DNA from: Alkanindiges sp. WGS2144
GTDB lineage: Bacteria; Pseudomonadota; Gammaproteobacteria; Pseudomonadales; Moraxellaceae
Assembly: GCF_043950625.1 (NCBI RefSeq)
Contig: NZ_CP171007.1
Length of the DNA stretch: 32,000 nucleotides
Direction: 5' to 3' (one strand)
A program made the position numbers and the translations under genes. Shown one piece after another: positions 18,219 to 27,902 of this stretch. Position 1 is the stretch's first letter. Each line of letters starts with the position of its first letter. Below the pieces are notes generated by a model. The model searched no databases, had not been told where the DNA came from, and saw nothing but the letters and a program-made list of their open reading frames with translations.

Positions 18219-18950
18219 TCAGGCCGGATAGCAGCTTTCTGCAAACAGTAGGGCAGACAGAGCAGCTACCGGAGCCGTTTCAGTTCTCAAAATTCGTTCA
18301 CCCAATGTCCAGTTCTGAAAGCCATGGGCATTTGCCAGCTCAATTTCTGCATCGGACAAGCCCCCTTCCGGGCCAACCAATAAATAAAAAAAAGAAGGAA
18401 AAGGCATACCAAACCGTATGGCCTGTTGCGCAGGTGCCAGCACCAGTTTTTTGGTATCACTTGAACATGGCTGCAGCAACCAGTCTTCCAGAGTTAGAGG
18501 CGCCAGAATTTTGGGAACGATATTCATGCCACATTGTTCACAGGCAGCAATAGCAACCTGTTGCCAATGTTCTATTTTTTTCTGGTCACGTTCATATTTT
18601 AAGCGCATCTCGCAGCGTTCACTGACCAACAGTTGAATTGCATGCACACCCAGCTCAGTGGCTTTTTGAATGGCATAATCCATGCGATCACCCTTGCTCA
18701 TGACCTGACCCAGCGTCACCTGATAAGTAGGGGCACGGTTAACTGGATTGAACTGATCAATATATACAGTAGCCGTTTTTTTCTGGATATCCTGCAAGGT
18801 TGCTCTATATTCACCTCCCTGACCATTAAACAGGGTTGCCTGTTCACCGGTCTGTGCACGTAGTACCCGAATCCAGTGATGAAATACAGTATCGGGTAAA
18901 GTGGTCTGTTGATTGACTTCCAGTGGCATATCGACAAAAAAGCGGGTCAT
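18219..18950 (-). CDS. rsmE: 16S rRNA (uracil1498-N3)-methyltransferase
   Basis: 243 aa with an RsmE-type N-terminus (MTRFFVD...HWIRVLR...LFNGQGGEY) and the C-terminal SPOUT motif GPEGG.S..E. Confidence 0.85.
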   Translation of the reverse strand: MTRFFVDMPLEVNQQTTLPDTVFHHWIRVLRAQTGEQATLFNGQGGEYRATLQDIQKKTATVYIDQFNPVNRAPTYQVTLGQVMSKGDRMDYAIQKATELGVHAIQLLVSERCEMRLKYERDQKKIEHWQQVAIAACEQCGMNIVPKILAPLTLEDWLLQPCSSDTKKLVLAPAQQAIRFGMPFPSFFYLLVGPEGGLSDAEIELANAHGFQNWTLGERILRTETAPVAALSALLFAESCYPA

Positions 18951-18971
18951 GGTTTATTCTGGCTCAAGCAA

Positions 18972-20354
18972 TCAGGGAAGAGAAACATTGGTCATAAAGC
19001 GGGCGGGCGCTGGTTGTGCCATGGCCCACTCAATGGCGTTAGCGGTTAGTTCAAACATTCGGTCAATTTCAGCAGTTGTCACACAATAGGGCGGAATAAA
19101 ATAAACGTGATTACCAATAGGCCGGATCAGTAGCCCCTGTTGCAGGGCACGCATGGCGATCAGGCGTCCAATATTTTGCTGTGCCGGATAAGGCTGACCA
19201 CTGGATTGTACGATATCAAATGCAGCGATCATTCCGGTTTGACGGATATTGCTGACATGGGAATGCTGCTTAAGTTGCTGCAAATTTTTGGCAAATTGCT
19301 CAATCAGTAACTGATTTTTTTGCAACGTATTTTCACCAGCAAAAATATCCAGCGAGGCCAGCGCTGCCCGTGCTGCCAGGGGGTTGCCGGTAAAACTGTG
19401 TGAGTGCAAAAAACCACGGCTGACATCGGGGCTATAAAAAGCCTGGTAAATTTCATTGCTTGTCACCACGCACGACATAGGTAAATAGCCAGCAGTCAAA
19501 CCTTTGGACAAACATAGAAAATCCGGACAGATATCAGCTTGCTCATGAGCAAATAGAGTACCAGTACGGCCAAAACCGACGGCAATTTCATCAAGGATTA
19601 AGTGAATCTGGTAGTCATCACACAACTGGCGTAACCATTTTAAATAAACCGGCGGATACATTTTCATGCCTGCTGCGCCTTGTACCAGTGGCTCAACAAT
19701 GATGGCGCAGATACGCTGCTGATGTTCTTCAATCAGTTGTTTTAATTTTTCAAATTGTTGTAATAAGAATTCCTGTTCGGTTTGTTCAGTATTTTTTAGG
19801 TTCAAATCAGGCGAAGGTGCGCGTAAGTGCTGAATCAGTAAGGGTTGGTATTGACGCGAAAATAGCGGAATGTCCGTAACGCTCAAACTGCCCAGCGTTT
19901 CACCATGATAGCCATTTTTCAGGGAAATAAAAGTGTTGCGTTCAGGTTGACCGGACTGATGCCCTGCTTTTTGTGACCAGTACTGCAAGCTCATTTTCAG
20001 CGCTATTTCTACCGCTGCCGAACCGCTATCGGCAAAAAAGCAGCGAGTGAGAGCAGGCGGGGTTAGCTCAACCAGACGCGTTGCCAGTTGTGTAATTGGC
20101 TCGTGGCTAAAGCCAGCCAGTATCACGTGTTCAAACTGCTCCAGCTGTTCTTTGATGGCAGCGTTAATGCTGGGGTGACTATGCCCATGCAAATTAACCC
20201 ACCATGAGCTGATACCATCCAGTACTGGCTGGCCATTTTCCAGATACAGATAAGCCCCTTTGGCTTTTACAATACGTGGAACCGGCAAAGCATCCTGCTG
20301 GTACATCTGGGTGCAAGGGTGCCAAAGTGGAGAGTTGCCTGGATTCATATTCAT
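18972..20354 (-). CDS. bioA: Adenosylmethionine-8-amino-7-oxononanoate aminotransferase
   Basis: LWHPCTQM, WWVNLHGH, DEIAVGFGRTG and LSKGLTAGYLP (PLP lysine); 460 aa. Confidence 0.9.
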   Translation of the reverse strand: MNMNPGNSPLWHPCTQMYQQDALPVPRIVKAKGAYLYLENGQPVLDGISSWWVNLHGHSHPSINAAIKEQLEQFEHVILAGFSHEPITQLATRLVELTPPALTRCFFADSGSAAVEIALKMSLQYWSQKAGHQSGQPERNTFISLKNGYHGETLGSLSVTDIPLFSRQYQPLLIQHLRAPSPDLNLKNTEQTEQEFLLQQFEKLKQLIEEHQQRICAIIVEPLVQGAAGMKMYPPVYLKWLRQLCDDYQIHLILDEIAVGFGRTGTLFAHEQADICPDFLCLSKGLTAGYLPMSCVVTSNEIYQAFYSPDVSRGFLHSHSFTGNPLAARAALASLDIFAGENTLQKNQLLIEQFAKNLQQLKQHSHVSNIRQTGMIAAFDIVQSSGQPYPAQQNIGRLIAMRALQQGLLIRPIGNHVYFIPPYCVTTAEIDRMFELTANAIEWAMAQPAPARFMTNVSLP

Positions 20355-20361
20355 AGCGGGT

Positions 20362-20396
20362 CAAAAAATTAGAGGCCGTGTTATGACTACCTCTAG
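20362..20396 (-). terminator. Weak terminator-like hairpin between metF and bioA
   Basis: The minus strand reads TAGAGG-N14-CCTCTA followed by ATTTTTT. The stem is only 6 bp, and the T-run ends 8 nt before the bioA ATG, so it may only attenuate. Confidence 0.3.
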
Positions 20397-20405
20397 GAGA
20401 TACGA

Positions 20406-21236
20406 TTAGGCCAAACCCAGATCCTTCACCAGCTGATGGGTAGGTTCAGTCTGGTTCATCGTGTAAAAGTGTAGGCTAGGCACATCAGCATCAATTAAGC
20501 GCTGACAAAGATTAACCACCACTTCATGCCCAAACGCACGAATACTTTGGCTATCATCGCCATAGGCAGCCAGTTGCTTGCGAATCCAGCGCGGAATCTC
20601 AGCACCGCTGGAATCAGCAAAGCGAATCAGGTTGCTGGCATTGGTAATGGGCATAATCCCTGGAATAATAGGAATAGTAATCCCCATTTCTTGGATACGC
20701 TCAACAAAATAAAAATAACTGTCGGCATTAAAGAAAAACTGGGTAATGGCCGCATTGGCACCTGCATTTACTTTTTCGGCAAAGCGTTGCAGGTCTTTGT
20801 CAAAGCTTTCGGCCTGCGGATGAATTTCTGGGTAGGCAGCCACTTCAATATGAAAATAGTCACCGGAATGATCACGGATAAACCTGACCAGATCAGTTGC
20901 ATAGGGCAGCTCCCCCAGTCCGACCTGACCAGAGGGTAAATCACCGCGTAACGCGACCAGACGGTTAATGCCTTTGCTTTTATACAGTTCCAGCAGTTCG
21001 GCAATACGTGCTTTGTCATCACCAATGCAGGATAAATGCGGAGCAACCGGTGCACCTTTGCCATGAAACGCATTAATGGTAGACAGGGTGCGCTCACGGG
21101 TAGAACCACCAGCACCATAGGTCACTGAAAAATATTGCGGATTTAATTGCTGCAATTGCTGGTGTACAGTATTTAATTTTTCTGCACCAATATCAGTTTT
21201 GGGTGGAAAAAACTCAAAAGAAATGGGGGTAGCCAT
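20406..21236 (-). CDS. metF: 5,10-methylenetetrahydrofolate reductase
   Basis: ATG at 21236 (MATPISFEFFPPKT); the track start at 21248 is a TTG. SFEFFPP, SVTYGAGGS and ALRGD are typical of MetF. Confidence 0.9.
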   Translation of the reverse strand: MATPISFEFFPPKTDIGAEKLNTVHQQLQQLNPQYFSVTYGAGGSTRERTLSTINAFHGKGAPVAPHLSCIGDDKARIAELLELYKSKGINRLVALRGDLPSGQVGLGELPYATDLVRFIRDHSGDYFHIEVAAYPEIHPQAESFDKDLQRFAEKVNAGANAAITQFFFNADSYFYFVERIQEMGITIPIIPGIMPITNASNLIRFADSSGAEIPRWIRKQLAAYGDDSQSIRAFGHEVVVNLCQRLIDADVPSLHFYTMNQTEPTHQLVKDLGLA

Positions 21237-21273
21237 ATTTAAGCTCAAAATAAAAACAATACTTAATTCTAAA

Positions 21274-21297
21274 GCCGTCAGACGTTGACCTGACGGC
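21274..21297 (-). promoter_or_regulatory. GC-rich intercistronic hairpin between ahcY and metF
   Basis: GCCGTCAG (21274-21281) / CTGACGGC (21290-21297) with an 8-nt loop. On the mRNA strand it is followed by TTTAGAATT (partial U-tract). Confidence 0.5.
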
Positions 21298-21329
21298 GGT
21301 TTTCATACTTTTAACAACAAAGCCAACAA

Positions 21330-22745
21330 TCAGTATTTATAGCTATCTGACTTAAATGGCCCGTCTACCGGCACACCCAGATAAGCCGCCTGTTGTTCCG
21401 TGAGGCGAGTCATGACGCCACCAAAACCAGCCACCATGGCCGCAGCCACTTCTTCATCCAGCTTTTTAGGCAGAATTTCAACCCGGATATGGCTGGCTTT
21501 TTGATCCTGTGGCAGGTCAGCAAATTTTTCCTTGAACAAGTACATTTGTCCTAGTACCTGGTTGGCAAATGAGCCATCCATTACACGTGATGGGTGACCT
21601 GTGGCATTGCCCAGATTCACCAGACGACCTTCGGATAGCAGAATCAAATAGTCATCGCTGGCGTCAGAGCGGAACACCTGATGTACCTGTGGCTTGACCT
21701 CTTCCCAGCGATAGTTTTGACGCAAGTAAGCTGTATCAATTTCGGTATCAAAGTGGCCGATGTTACACACTACCGCGCCTTTTTTCAGACTGTCAAGCAT
21801 GGCGCTGTCACATACTTTATCGTTGCCAGTGGTGGTCACAATCAGGTCAGTAGTGCTAAGCAGGGTATGATTAATATCTGCTGTATTGCCAGTCACAATA
21901 CCATTGTTGTAGGGAGACACCACTTCATAACCATCCATACAGGCTTGCATGGCACAGATTGGGTCAATCTCGGATACACGCACAATCATCCCTTCCTGAC
22001 GCAAGGACTGGGCTGAACCTTTACCCACATCGCCATAGCCAATGACCAGCGCACGGCGGCCAGATAACAGCATATCGGTAGCCCGTTTAATAGCGTCATT
22101 GAGTGAGTGACGGCAACCGTATTTATTATCGTTTTTGGATTTGGTTACAGAATCATTAACATTAATAGCAGGCACTTTCAGGCTACCGGCGTGGTGCATT
22201 TCCAGCAAACGAGCAACGCCAGTGGTGGTTTCTTCGGTCACGCCATGAATATTATCCAGCAGTTGCGGATATTTACTGTGGACTACACCGGTTAAATCGC
22301 CACCATCATCCAGAATCATGTTGGCATCCCACAGCTTGCCATCCACATGCAGCTGCTGTTCAAGACACCACCAGTATTCTTCTTCGGTTTCACCTTTCCA
22401 TGCAAATACCGGTATGCCCCGCGCTGCAATTGCAGCTGCCGCATGATCCTGGGTTGAGAAAATATTACAGGAAGTCCAGCGTACTTCTGCGCCCAGATCA
22501 ATCAGGGTTTCAATGAGCACGGCAGTCTGGATGGTCATGTGAATACAGCCCAGAATTTTGGCACCGGCCAGTGGTTTGTCAGCCGCGTAGCGACGGCGTA
22601 GGCCCATCAGGGCAGGCATTTCTGCTTCGGCCAGGGCAATTTCCTTACGGCCAAAGTCGGCCAGGCTGATATCGGCTACTTTATAATCAGAGAAGTTGCT
22701 GTTTGAAGCAGATACATTATTTACAGGCGTAGTCACCGCGTTCAT
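21330..22745 (-). CDS. ahcY: Adenosylhomocysteinase
   Basis: 471 aa with SD AAGGAG 6 nt upstream. Typical AhcY blocks are present ([22 protein letters not shown]-type, the NAD domain [17 protein letters not shown]). Confidence 0.95.
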   Translation of the reverse strand: MNAVTTPVNNVSASNSNFSDYKVADISLADFGRKEIALAEAEMPALMGLRRRYAADKPLAGAKILGCIHMTIQTAVLIETLIDLGAEVRWTSCNIFSTQDHAAAAIAARGIPVFAWKGETEEEYWWCLEQQLHVDGKLWDANMILDDGGDLTGVVHSKYPQLLDNIHGVTEETTTGVARLLEMHHAGSLKVPAINVNDSVTKSKNDNKYGCRHSLNDAIKRATDMLLSGRRALVIGYGDVGKGSAQSLRQEGMIVRVSEIDPICAMQACMDGYEVVSPYNNGIVTGNTADINHTLLSTTDLIVTTTGNDKVCDSAMLDSLKKGAVVCNIGHFDTEIDTAYLRQNYRWEEVKPQVHQVFRSDASDDYLILLSEGRLVNLGNATGHPSRVMDGSFANQVLGQMYLFKEKFADLPQDQKASHIRVEILPKKLDEEVAAAMVAGFGGVMTRLTEQQAAYLGVPVDGPFKSDSYKY

Positions 22746-22769
22746 GAGGATCTCCTTGGGATCAATCAG

Positions 22770-22848
22770 TTCGCGGATGCCGTTTTACAAAAAATATGCC
22801 CGAGCCTGGCAGTGTATTGGTTCACTGTTGCAGCACCCCTCGAGTCGA
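22770..22848 (-). promoter_or_regulatory. SAH (S-adenosylhomocysteine) riboswitch-like leader of ahcY-metF
   Basis: Minus-strand RNA: ACUCGAGGGGUGCUGCAACAGUGAACCAAUACACUGCCAGGCUCGGGCAUAUUUUUUGUAAAACGGCAUCCGCG. It contains the blocks I remember from the class (GAGGxGCxCUGCxAC, CAGGCUCGG, AACGGC). P1 is CUCGAG/CUCGGG, the internal hairpin is CAGUG/CACUG, and the pseudoknot GGGUGC/GCAUCC preserves pairing. Confidence 0.75.
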
Positions 22849-22852
22849 GCTG

Positions 22853-22881
22853 ATTTTACGCAATTGTCAGGGCAGTTCCAA
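22853..22881 (-). promoter_or_regulatory. Predicted sigma70 promoter of the ahcY leader
   Basis: On the minus strand: TTGGAA (22881-22876), a 17-nt spacer, then TAAAAT (22858-22853). This places the transcription start at about the 5' end of the riboswitch-like element. Confidence 0.45.
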
Positions 22882-23188
22882 GGCTTACACAACAAATAAA
22901 ACCATTAAAAATTTAAAACAGCGGCTTTTTGTTAATATTTTGAGAATTAAGCATTTTCTAGCCCATAATTTTGTTATAGAGTCATGAATGAGGGGACAGT
23001 GTGGAGGAGATATTTTTCTTTTATTAAAAAATAGCTTACTGAAAATTAAATGTTTTTTCTAAATTGTGTCAAAAGTTTACAGAAACTCTATAAAAAAGCT
23101 GAGTTTGGTGACTGAAATTTAGGAAGAATATGTGTTTAATAGCAGTTGACCGATAGATAGATGTAATAATCCTTTGAGGAGTAACTTT

Positions 23189-23920
23189 ATGAAAACTTTA
23201 CGTGTTTTAGCGTTATCTGCTGCTGTACTTGCAGTTGCTAGCCCAGCATTTGCTGATGAAAGAGTAGTGACTGATGAAGGGGTTGCTACATTCTCTTTCT
23301 TTAAGCCAGCCCAGGTACGTGCTGAAGTAGGTACTACTGGTTATGGTGGTGCGATTTCTTATAACGTAAACCCGCATGTTGGTTTAACTTTAGGTTATAA
23401 CGGTGGTGACATTTCCTGGTCTGATGATATTTCAGTTAATGGCGCTACTTATGACCTGGACATGGACAACAATACTGCTTATTTAAATGCAGAAATTCGT
23501 CCATGGGCTAACTGGTTCTATATTGCTGCTGGTACTGGCTATCTGGACAATGATTATGGCCTAAAAGCGGTAACTGATGGTACAGGCACTATCAAAATTA
23601 ATGGTGAGAACTATCAGGCTGCTACTGGTACAACTGGTACTATCACCGGTAAAATGAAATACAAAAATAACATTGCCCCCTATTTAGGTTTAGGTTTTTC
23701 TCCATCTATTACTGATCGCTGGGGAGTTTTCGGTGAGTTAGGTGCTTTTTATACCGGCAATCCAGAGGTTGAACTAGTAGCTAGAAATCTTGTTGATAAT
23801 ACGGGTACTGCTGGTATGACAGCTCAACAAGCTGCAAATGAAGATGCTCGCAAAATCCGTAACGATGACAAATACAAGTGGGCTCCAGTGGCTAAAGTGG
23901 GCTTAAGCTTCCGTTTCTAA
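23189..23920 (+). CDS. carO: CarO-family outer-membrane channel protein
   Basis: ATG at 23189 after GAGGAG, with signal peptide MKTLRVLALSAAVLAVASPAFA. It has blocks shared with Acinetobacter CarO as remembered (AEVGTTGYGGA, LGYNGGDISWSDDISVNG.TYDLDMDNN..YLNAEIRPW, IAPYLGLGF) and a C-terminal aromatic residue. Confidence 0.85.
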   Translation: MKTLRVLALSAAVLAVASPAFADERVVTDEGVATFSFFKPAQVRAEVGTTGYGGAISYNVNPHVGLTLGYNGGDISWSDDISVNGATYDLDMDNNTAYLNAEIRPWANWFYIAAGTGYLDNDYGLKAVTDGTGTIKINGENYQAATGTTGTITGKMKYKNNIAPYLGLGFSPSITDRWGVFGELGAFYTGNPEVELVARNLVDNTGTAGMTAQQAANEDARKIRNDDKYKWAPVAKVGLSFRF

Positions 23921-23939
23921 GTTTTTCTAGAAACAAGCC

Positions 23940-23970
23940 AAAAAAGCAGGTCATTTAGGCCTGCTTTTTT
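23940..23970. terminator. Bidirectional rho-independent terminator shared by carO and the CysB/Cbl gene
   Basis: AAAAAAGCAGG-loop-CCTGCTTTTTT, with an A-tract and a T-tract flanking the stem, lies between the convergent stops at 23920 and 24015. Confidence 0.8.
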
Positions 23971-24014
23971 GTTGCCGGTTTTTGTTTCTATTCTAAACTT
24001 GATTTTCGGGAAAC

Positions 24015-24938
24015 TTAGTCTTCAGGATAGGCCGCTTTTCTTAGCTGGGCCAGATCGGCCTCCGGTGAGCAGAGGGAAATAAACTCATAGCCAAAGCCGC
24101 GGAGTAAATGACCCTTGCGAATGGCAATCCAGGTAGTGTTTTCGCCAAACAGATCAAGGTTAAGCTGGCATAAGCGCCGGTCACGTTCGGCATCATAAGC
24201 AATAGAGTTAACAATACCCACCCCCATGCCCAATTCGACATAAGTCTTGATCACATCGGCATCCAGCGCGGACAGTACAATATTGGGCGTTAAATCTGCA
24301 TTGGCAAATGCAGCGTCAATTTTGGAGCGGCCAGTAAAACCGCCGTGATAAGTAATCAGTGGCCATTTTGCCAGTTCGTCCAGCGTGACGGTTTGTTGTT
24401 GCGACAATGGGTGACCTTGTGGCGTGATAATGCTGTGATACCAATGATAATACGGCACGCTCAGCAGGGCGTCTTCCTGGGTTAGGGACTCTGTGGCTAT
24501 ACCGATATCTGCCTCATCATGCACCAGCATATCGGCAATTTCAGTCGGACTAGCTTGCTGTAAAACCAGATGCACCTTGGGAAAGGCTTTTTTAAATCTG
24601 GCAACGATGGGAGGTAAAATATAGCGTGCCTGGGTATGTGTGGTGGCAATGATAAGTTGCCCTTCGTCAACCCGATTAAAATCATCAGACAGATGCTTGA
24701 TGTTTTCGGCATCACGCAACATACGCTCGACGACTCCCAGTAATGCCTGCCCAGGTTCAGTTAATCCCAGAATCCGTTTGCCCTTGCGTACAAAAATCTG
24801 TACGCCAAGCTCATCTTCCAGATCCTTAATGTGTTTACTCACGCCAGATTGGGAGGTGAATAGGGCATTTGAGGCATCAGTTAAATTAAAATTTTGCCGC
24901 ACAGTCTCGCGGATAATGCGTAGTTGCTGAAAATTCAC
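24015..24938 (-). CDS. cysB: LysR-type regulator of the CysB/Cbl family (sulfur assimilation)
   Basis: GTG start with GGAG 9 nt upstream. It is colinear with E. coli CysB as remembered (IATTHTQARY.LP, SPTEIA, YHW, GFTGRS..D.AF, DADVIKTYVELGMGVG). I cannot tell whether it is a CysB or a Cbl orthologue. Confidence 0.85.
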   Translation of the reverse strand: MNFQQLRIIRETVRQNFNLTDASNALFTSQSGVSKHIKDLEDELGVQIFVRKGKRILGLTEPGQALLGVVERMLRDAENIKHLSDDFNRVDEGQLIIATTHTQARYILPPIVARFKKAFPKVHLVLQQASPTEIADMLVHDEADIGIATESLTQEDALLSVPYYHWYHSIITPQGHPLSQQQTVTLDELAKWPLITYHGGFTGRSKIDAAFANADLTPNIVLSALDADVIKTYVELGMGVGIVNSIAYDAERDRRLCQLNLDLFGENTTWIAIRKGHLLRGFGYEFISLCSPEADLAQLRKAAYPED

Positions 24939-25048
24939 TGTGTTATGCTCCGGATTTTTCGGCTGTCTTTAGTTTATCTAAGCCTGATCGCAGGCAAGCG
25001 TTTATCAATGGCTGAGTCATCACAAGTATAAACTCAGTGAAGCTTAAA

Positions 25049-26116
25049 CTAAGCAGCTTCTGCCTCAAAAAGATGAAGATTGCTGGCCGTTACCCATACG
25101 GTTTGTCCCGATTGTATACCAAGACTGGTTTGCTGCTCGGCACTTAACGCAACTTCCAGCAGATTGCCTTGACGATCCTGTAGCTCAATACGAATTTGAC
25201 CCGCCAGCCATAATTCACGAACTATCACCGCTTGCAGGCTGGGTTCAGAGGGCTGTTGGGTATGAATGTGCAGCTCATTAGGACGAGCAAATACAATGAC
25301 GTCGCTCTGGTCAGTCTTGCGGTAATGTGATGGCAAAACCAGCTGGTCATTAGCAAGCAGTATATGGTTACCGTTTAGCCTGCCTTTAAACTGGTTGGCC
25401 TGCCCCAGAAAATCAAATACAAACGGGTTGGCCGGATGATTATAGACCTCACGCGGGCTGCCGACCTGCTCAATGTTGCCTTTATTCATGACCACAATCC
25501 GGTCTGCTACCTCTAGAGCTTCTTCCTGGTCATGGGTCACAAAAATAGAGGTAATATGTAATTCATCGTGCAGGTCGCGCAACCAGCGCCGTAATTCTTT
25601 ACGTACTTTGGCATCCAGTGCACCAAACGGCTCATCCAGTAGCAATACTTTGGGTTCTACTGCCAGGGCGCGGGCAAGGGCAATGCGCTGACGTTGTCCA
25701 CCAGAGAGTTGCGCCGGAAAACGGTCGGCCAGAAAACCCAGCTGTACCAGCTCAAGCAACTGGTTTACCTGCTTTTTAATATCCACCTCAGAAGGGCGGG
25801 TTTTACGTGGTCGCACGCGCAGGCCAAAAGCGACATTATCAAATACGGTCATGTGGCGAAACAGTGCGTAGTGCTGAAATACAAAACCCACCTGACGCTG
25901 GCGTACATGGGTGCGGGTAGCATCCTGATGGTGTAGCAATATCTGCCCACTATCAGCGGATTCTAGCCCGGCAATAATACGCAGCAGTGTGGTTTTGCCA
26001 CAGCCGGACGGGCCAAGCAAGGCCACCAGCTCACCTTCTGGAAAATTGAGGCTGATGTCATTTAGAGCATGAAAACCGTCAAAGCGTTTGTCTATATTTT
26101 TAACTTGGATGCTCAT
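25049..26116 (-). CDS. cysA: Sulfate/thiosulfate ABC transporter ATP-binding protein
   Basis: Walker [10 protein letters not shown], signature LSGGQRQR, Walker B LLLDEP and a C-terminal regulatory domain; it lies in the sbp-cysT-cysW-cysA order. Confidence 0.92.
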   Translation of the reverse strand: MSIQVKNIDKRFDGFHALNDISLNFPEGELVALLGPSGCGKTTLLRIIAGLESADSGQILLHHQDATRTHVRQRQVGFVFQHYALFRHMTVFDNVAFGLRVRPRKTRPSEVDIKKQVNQLLELVQLGFLADRFPAQLSGGQRQRIALARALAVEPKVLLLDEPFGALDAKVRKELRRWLRDLHDELHITSIFVTHDQEEALEVADRIVVMNKGNIEQVGSPREVYNHPANPFVFDFLGQANQFKGRLNGNHILLANDQLVLPSHYRKTDQSDVIVFARPNELHIHTQQPSEPSLQAVIVRELWLAGQIRIELQDRQGNLLEVALSAEQQTSLGIQSGQTVWVTASNLHLFEAEAA

Positions 26117-26139
26117 GGTTAAATTCCTGGATCAAGATT

Positions 26140-27030
26140 CTAATGATTGCTGGTTTGACTGGTGCGGTTCGGTATGCTGCGCGACTCTATCCATACTTTA
26201 AGTACTAAAGTGAGTAGGGCCAGCATTGCCAAAAGGGAGGAAACAGCAAAGGCAGCACTAAAGGTATATTCGTTGTATAAAATTTCTACGTGCAGCGGCA
26301 GCGTGTTGGTTTCGCCACGAATATGACCGGATACCACGGATACTGCGCCAAACTCTCCCATGGCTCGCGCACTACACAGCACTACGCCGTACAGCAAACC
26401 CCATTTAATGTTAGGTAAGGTGACTTGCCAGAAGGTTTGCCAGCCGCTGGCGCCAAGTACTGTGGCAGCCTCTTCTTCTTCAGCTCCCTGGGCTTCCATC
26501 AGGGGAATTAGTTCGCGGGCAATAAAAGGCACAGTGATAAAGATGGTTGCCAAAATAATGGCAGGTACCGCGTATAAAATCTGAAGGTCATGCTCAGCCA
26601 GAAACTCACCAAACCAGCCTTGCGTTCCAAACAATAAGACCAGCATTAAGCCGGCAATGACAGGTGATACCGAAAATGGCAGGTCAATTAAGGTGGTCAG
26701 CAGTGATTTACCCCTAAACCTGAATTTGGTCACACTCCAGGCCGCGGCAATACCAAACACAATATTGGCGGGCACGGCAATGGCAGCAGTCAGCAGGGTA
26801 AGCCTAAGTGCCGCCAGGGTATCGGGATCAATGAGTGCCTGCGCATAAACCTGTAGCCCTTGCCGGAAAGCTTCCACAAATACCAGAACAAGCGGCAAAA
26901 GCAGGCAACTGGCAAAAAATAGCAGGCTGATCGTTAAAATTAGCGAGCGTACGGCAGGTGTTTCACGAGTGGCATCGCGCGACTGTAAATAGTCCGACAA
27001 GGCATTACCAGTGGATGAGTGACTATTCAT
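26140..27030 (-). CDS. cysW: Sulfate ABC transporter permease CysW
   Basis: Polytopic permease with an EAA-type loop ([22 protein letters not shown]). Its ATG overlaps the cysT TGA (ATGA). Confidence 0.9.
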   Translation of the reverse strand: MNSHSSTGNALSDYLQSRDATRETPAVRSLILTISLLFFASCLLLPLVLVFVEAFRQGLQVYAQALIDPDTLAALRLTLLTAAIAVPANIVFGIAAAWSVTKFRFRGKSLLTTLIDLPFSVSPVIAGLMLVLLFGTQGWFGEFLAEHDLQILYAVPAIILATIFITVPFIARELIPLMEAQGAEEEEAATVLGASGWQTFWQVTLPNIKWGLLYGVVLCSARAMGEFGAVSVVSGHIRGETNTLPLHVEILYNEYTFSAAFAVSSLLAMLALLTLVLKVWIESRSIPNRTSQTSNH

Positions 27031-27860
27031 GCAGGTGCTCTCCCGCTACGACGGCTAGCCCAGCTTTGTAAAAGGTTAATCACTAACAACAGGGCAAAAG
27101 AAATGATCAGCATGACTACCGCAATGGTAGTGGCACCCGCATAATCATATTCTTCCAGCCGGGAAATAATTAAAAGTGGTGCAATTTCAGTTTTAAAAGG
27201 CTGATTACCGGCAATAAAAATAACCGAACCATATTCGCCCACACCACGGGCAAAGGCCAGTGCAAAGCCAGTGAGTAGCGCTGGCAGCAAAACAGGAAAA
27301 ATGACTTTACTGACTGTCTGCAGGCGGGTAGCGCCTAATGCGCTAGCAGCTTCTTCCAGCTCGGTTTCCAGGTCGCTTAACACCGGCTGTACGGTACGCA
27401 CCACAAAAGGCAAGCCAATAAACACCAGTGCCAGCGTAATACCAAGGCTGGTATAGGCAACCTGAATGCCCATGGGTTCCAGATATTGCCCCAGCCAGCC
27501 ATTTTTGGCATACAGGGTGGTCAGAGCTATCCCAGCTACCGCAGTAGGCAAGGCGAAGGGCAGGTCAATCAGGGCATCAACCAGCCGTTTGCCGGGAAAG
27601 CTGTAGCGCACCAGTGACCAGGCCAGCAACAAGCCAAAGACTACGTTGATCAGGGCGGCAACCAGTGCAGTGCTAAAGCTAAGTTGCAAGGCCTGTAAAA
27701 TACGCTCACTGCTGAGAATATCGATCAATCCCTGCCAGCCAATACCTAGTGAGCGAATAAATACTGCTGAAAGCGGCAGCAATACAATCAGGGATAAATA
27801 AATCAGCGTAAAGCCCAGGGATAAACCAAAGCCGGGCAGGACATGCCTGTGTTTGCGCAT
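27027..27860 (-). CDS. cysT: Sulfate ABC transporter permease CysT (CysU)
   Basis: [10 protein letters not shown] near the N-terminus and the EAA loop [15 protein letters not shown]. Three in-frame ATGs exist (27872, 27863, 27860). I prefer 27860/27863 because GGAG (27870-27867) precedes them and the first ATG sits inside a 12-bp hairpin. Confidence 0.88.
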   Translation of the reverse strand: MRKHRHVLPGFGLSLGFTLIYLSLIVLLPLSAVFIRSLGIGWQGLIDILSSERILQALQLSFSTALVAALINVVFGLLLAWSLVRYSFPGKRLVDALIDLPFALPTAVAGIALTTLYAKNGWLGQYLEPMGIQVAYTSLGITLALVFIGLPFVVRTVQPVLSDLETELEEAASALGATRLQTVSKVIFPVLLPALLTGFALAFARGVGEYGSVIFIAGNQPFKTEIAPLLIISRLEEYDYAGATTIAVVMLIISFALLLVINLLQSWASRRSGRAPA

Positions 27861-27870
27861 CATTGTCTCC

Positions 27871-27898
27871 ATATGTTCTGATGAGGATCAGAACATAT
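27871..27898 (-). promoter_or_regulatory. Perfect 12-bp / 4-nt-loop intercistronic hairpin between sbp and cysT
   Basis: ATATGTTCTGAT (27871-27882), GAGG, ATCAGAACATAT (27887-27898). It occupies almost the whole 30-nt spacer. Confidence 0.7.
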
Positions 27899-27902
27899 TT
27901 GT

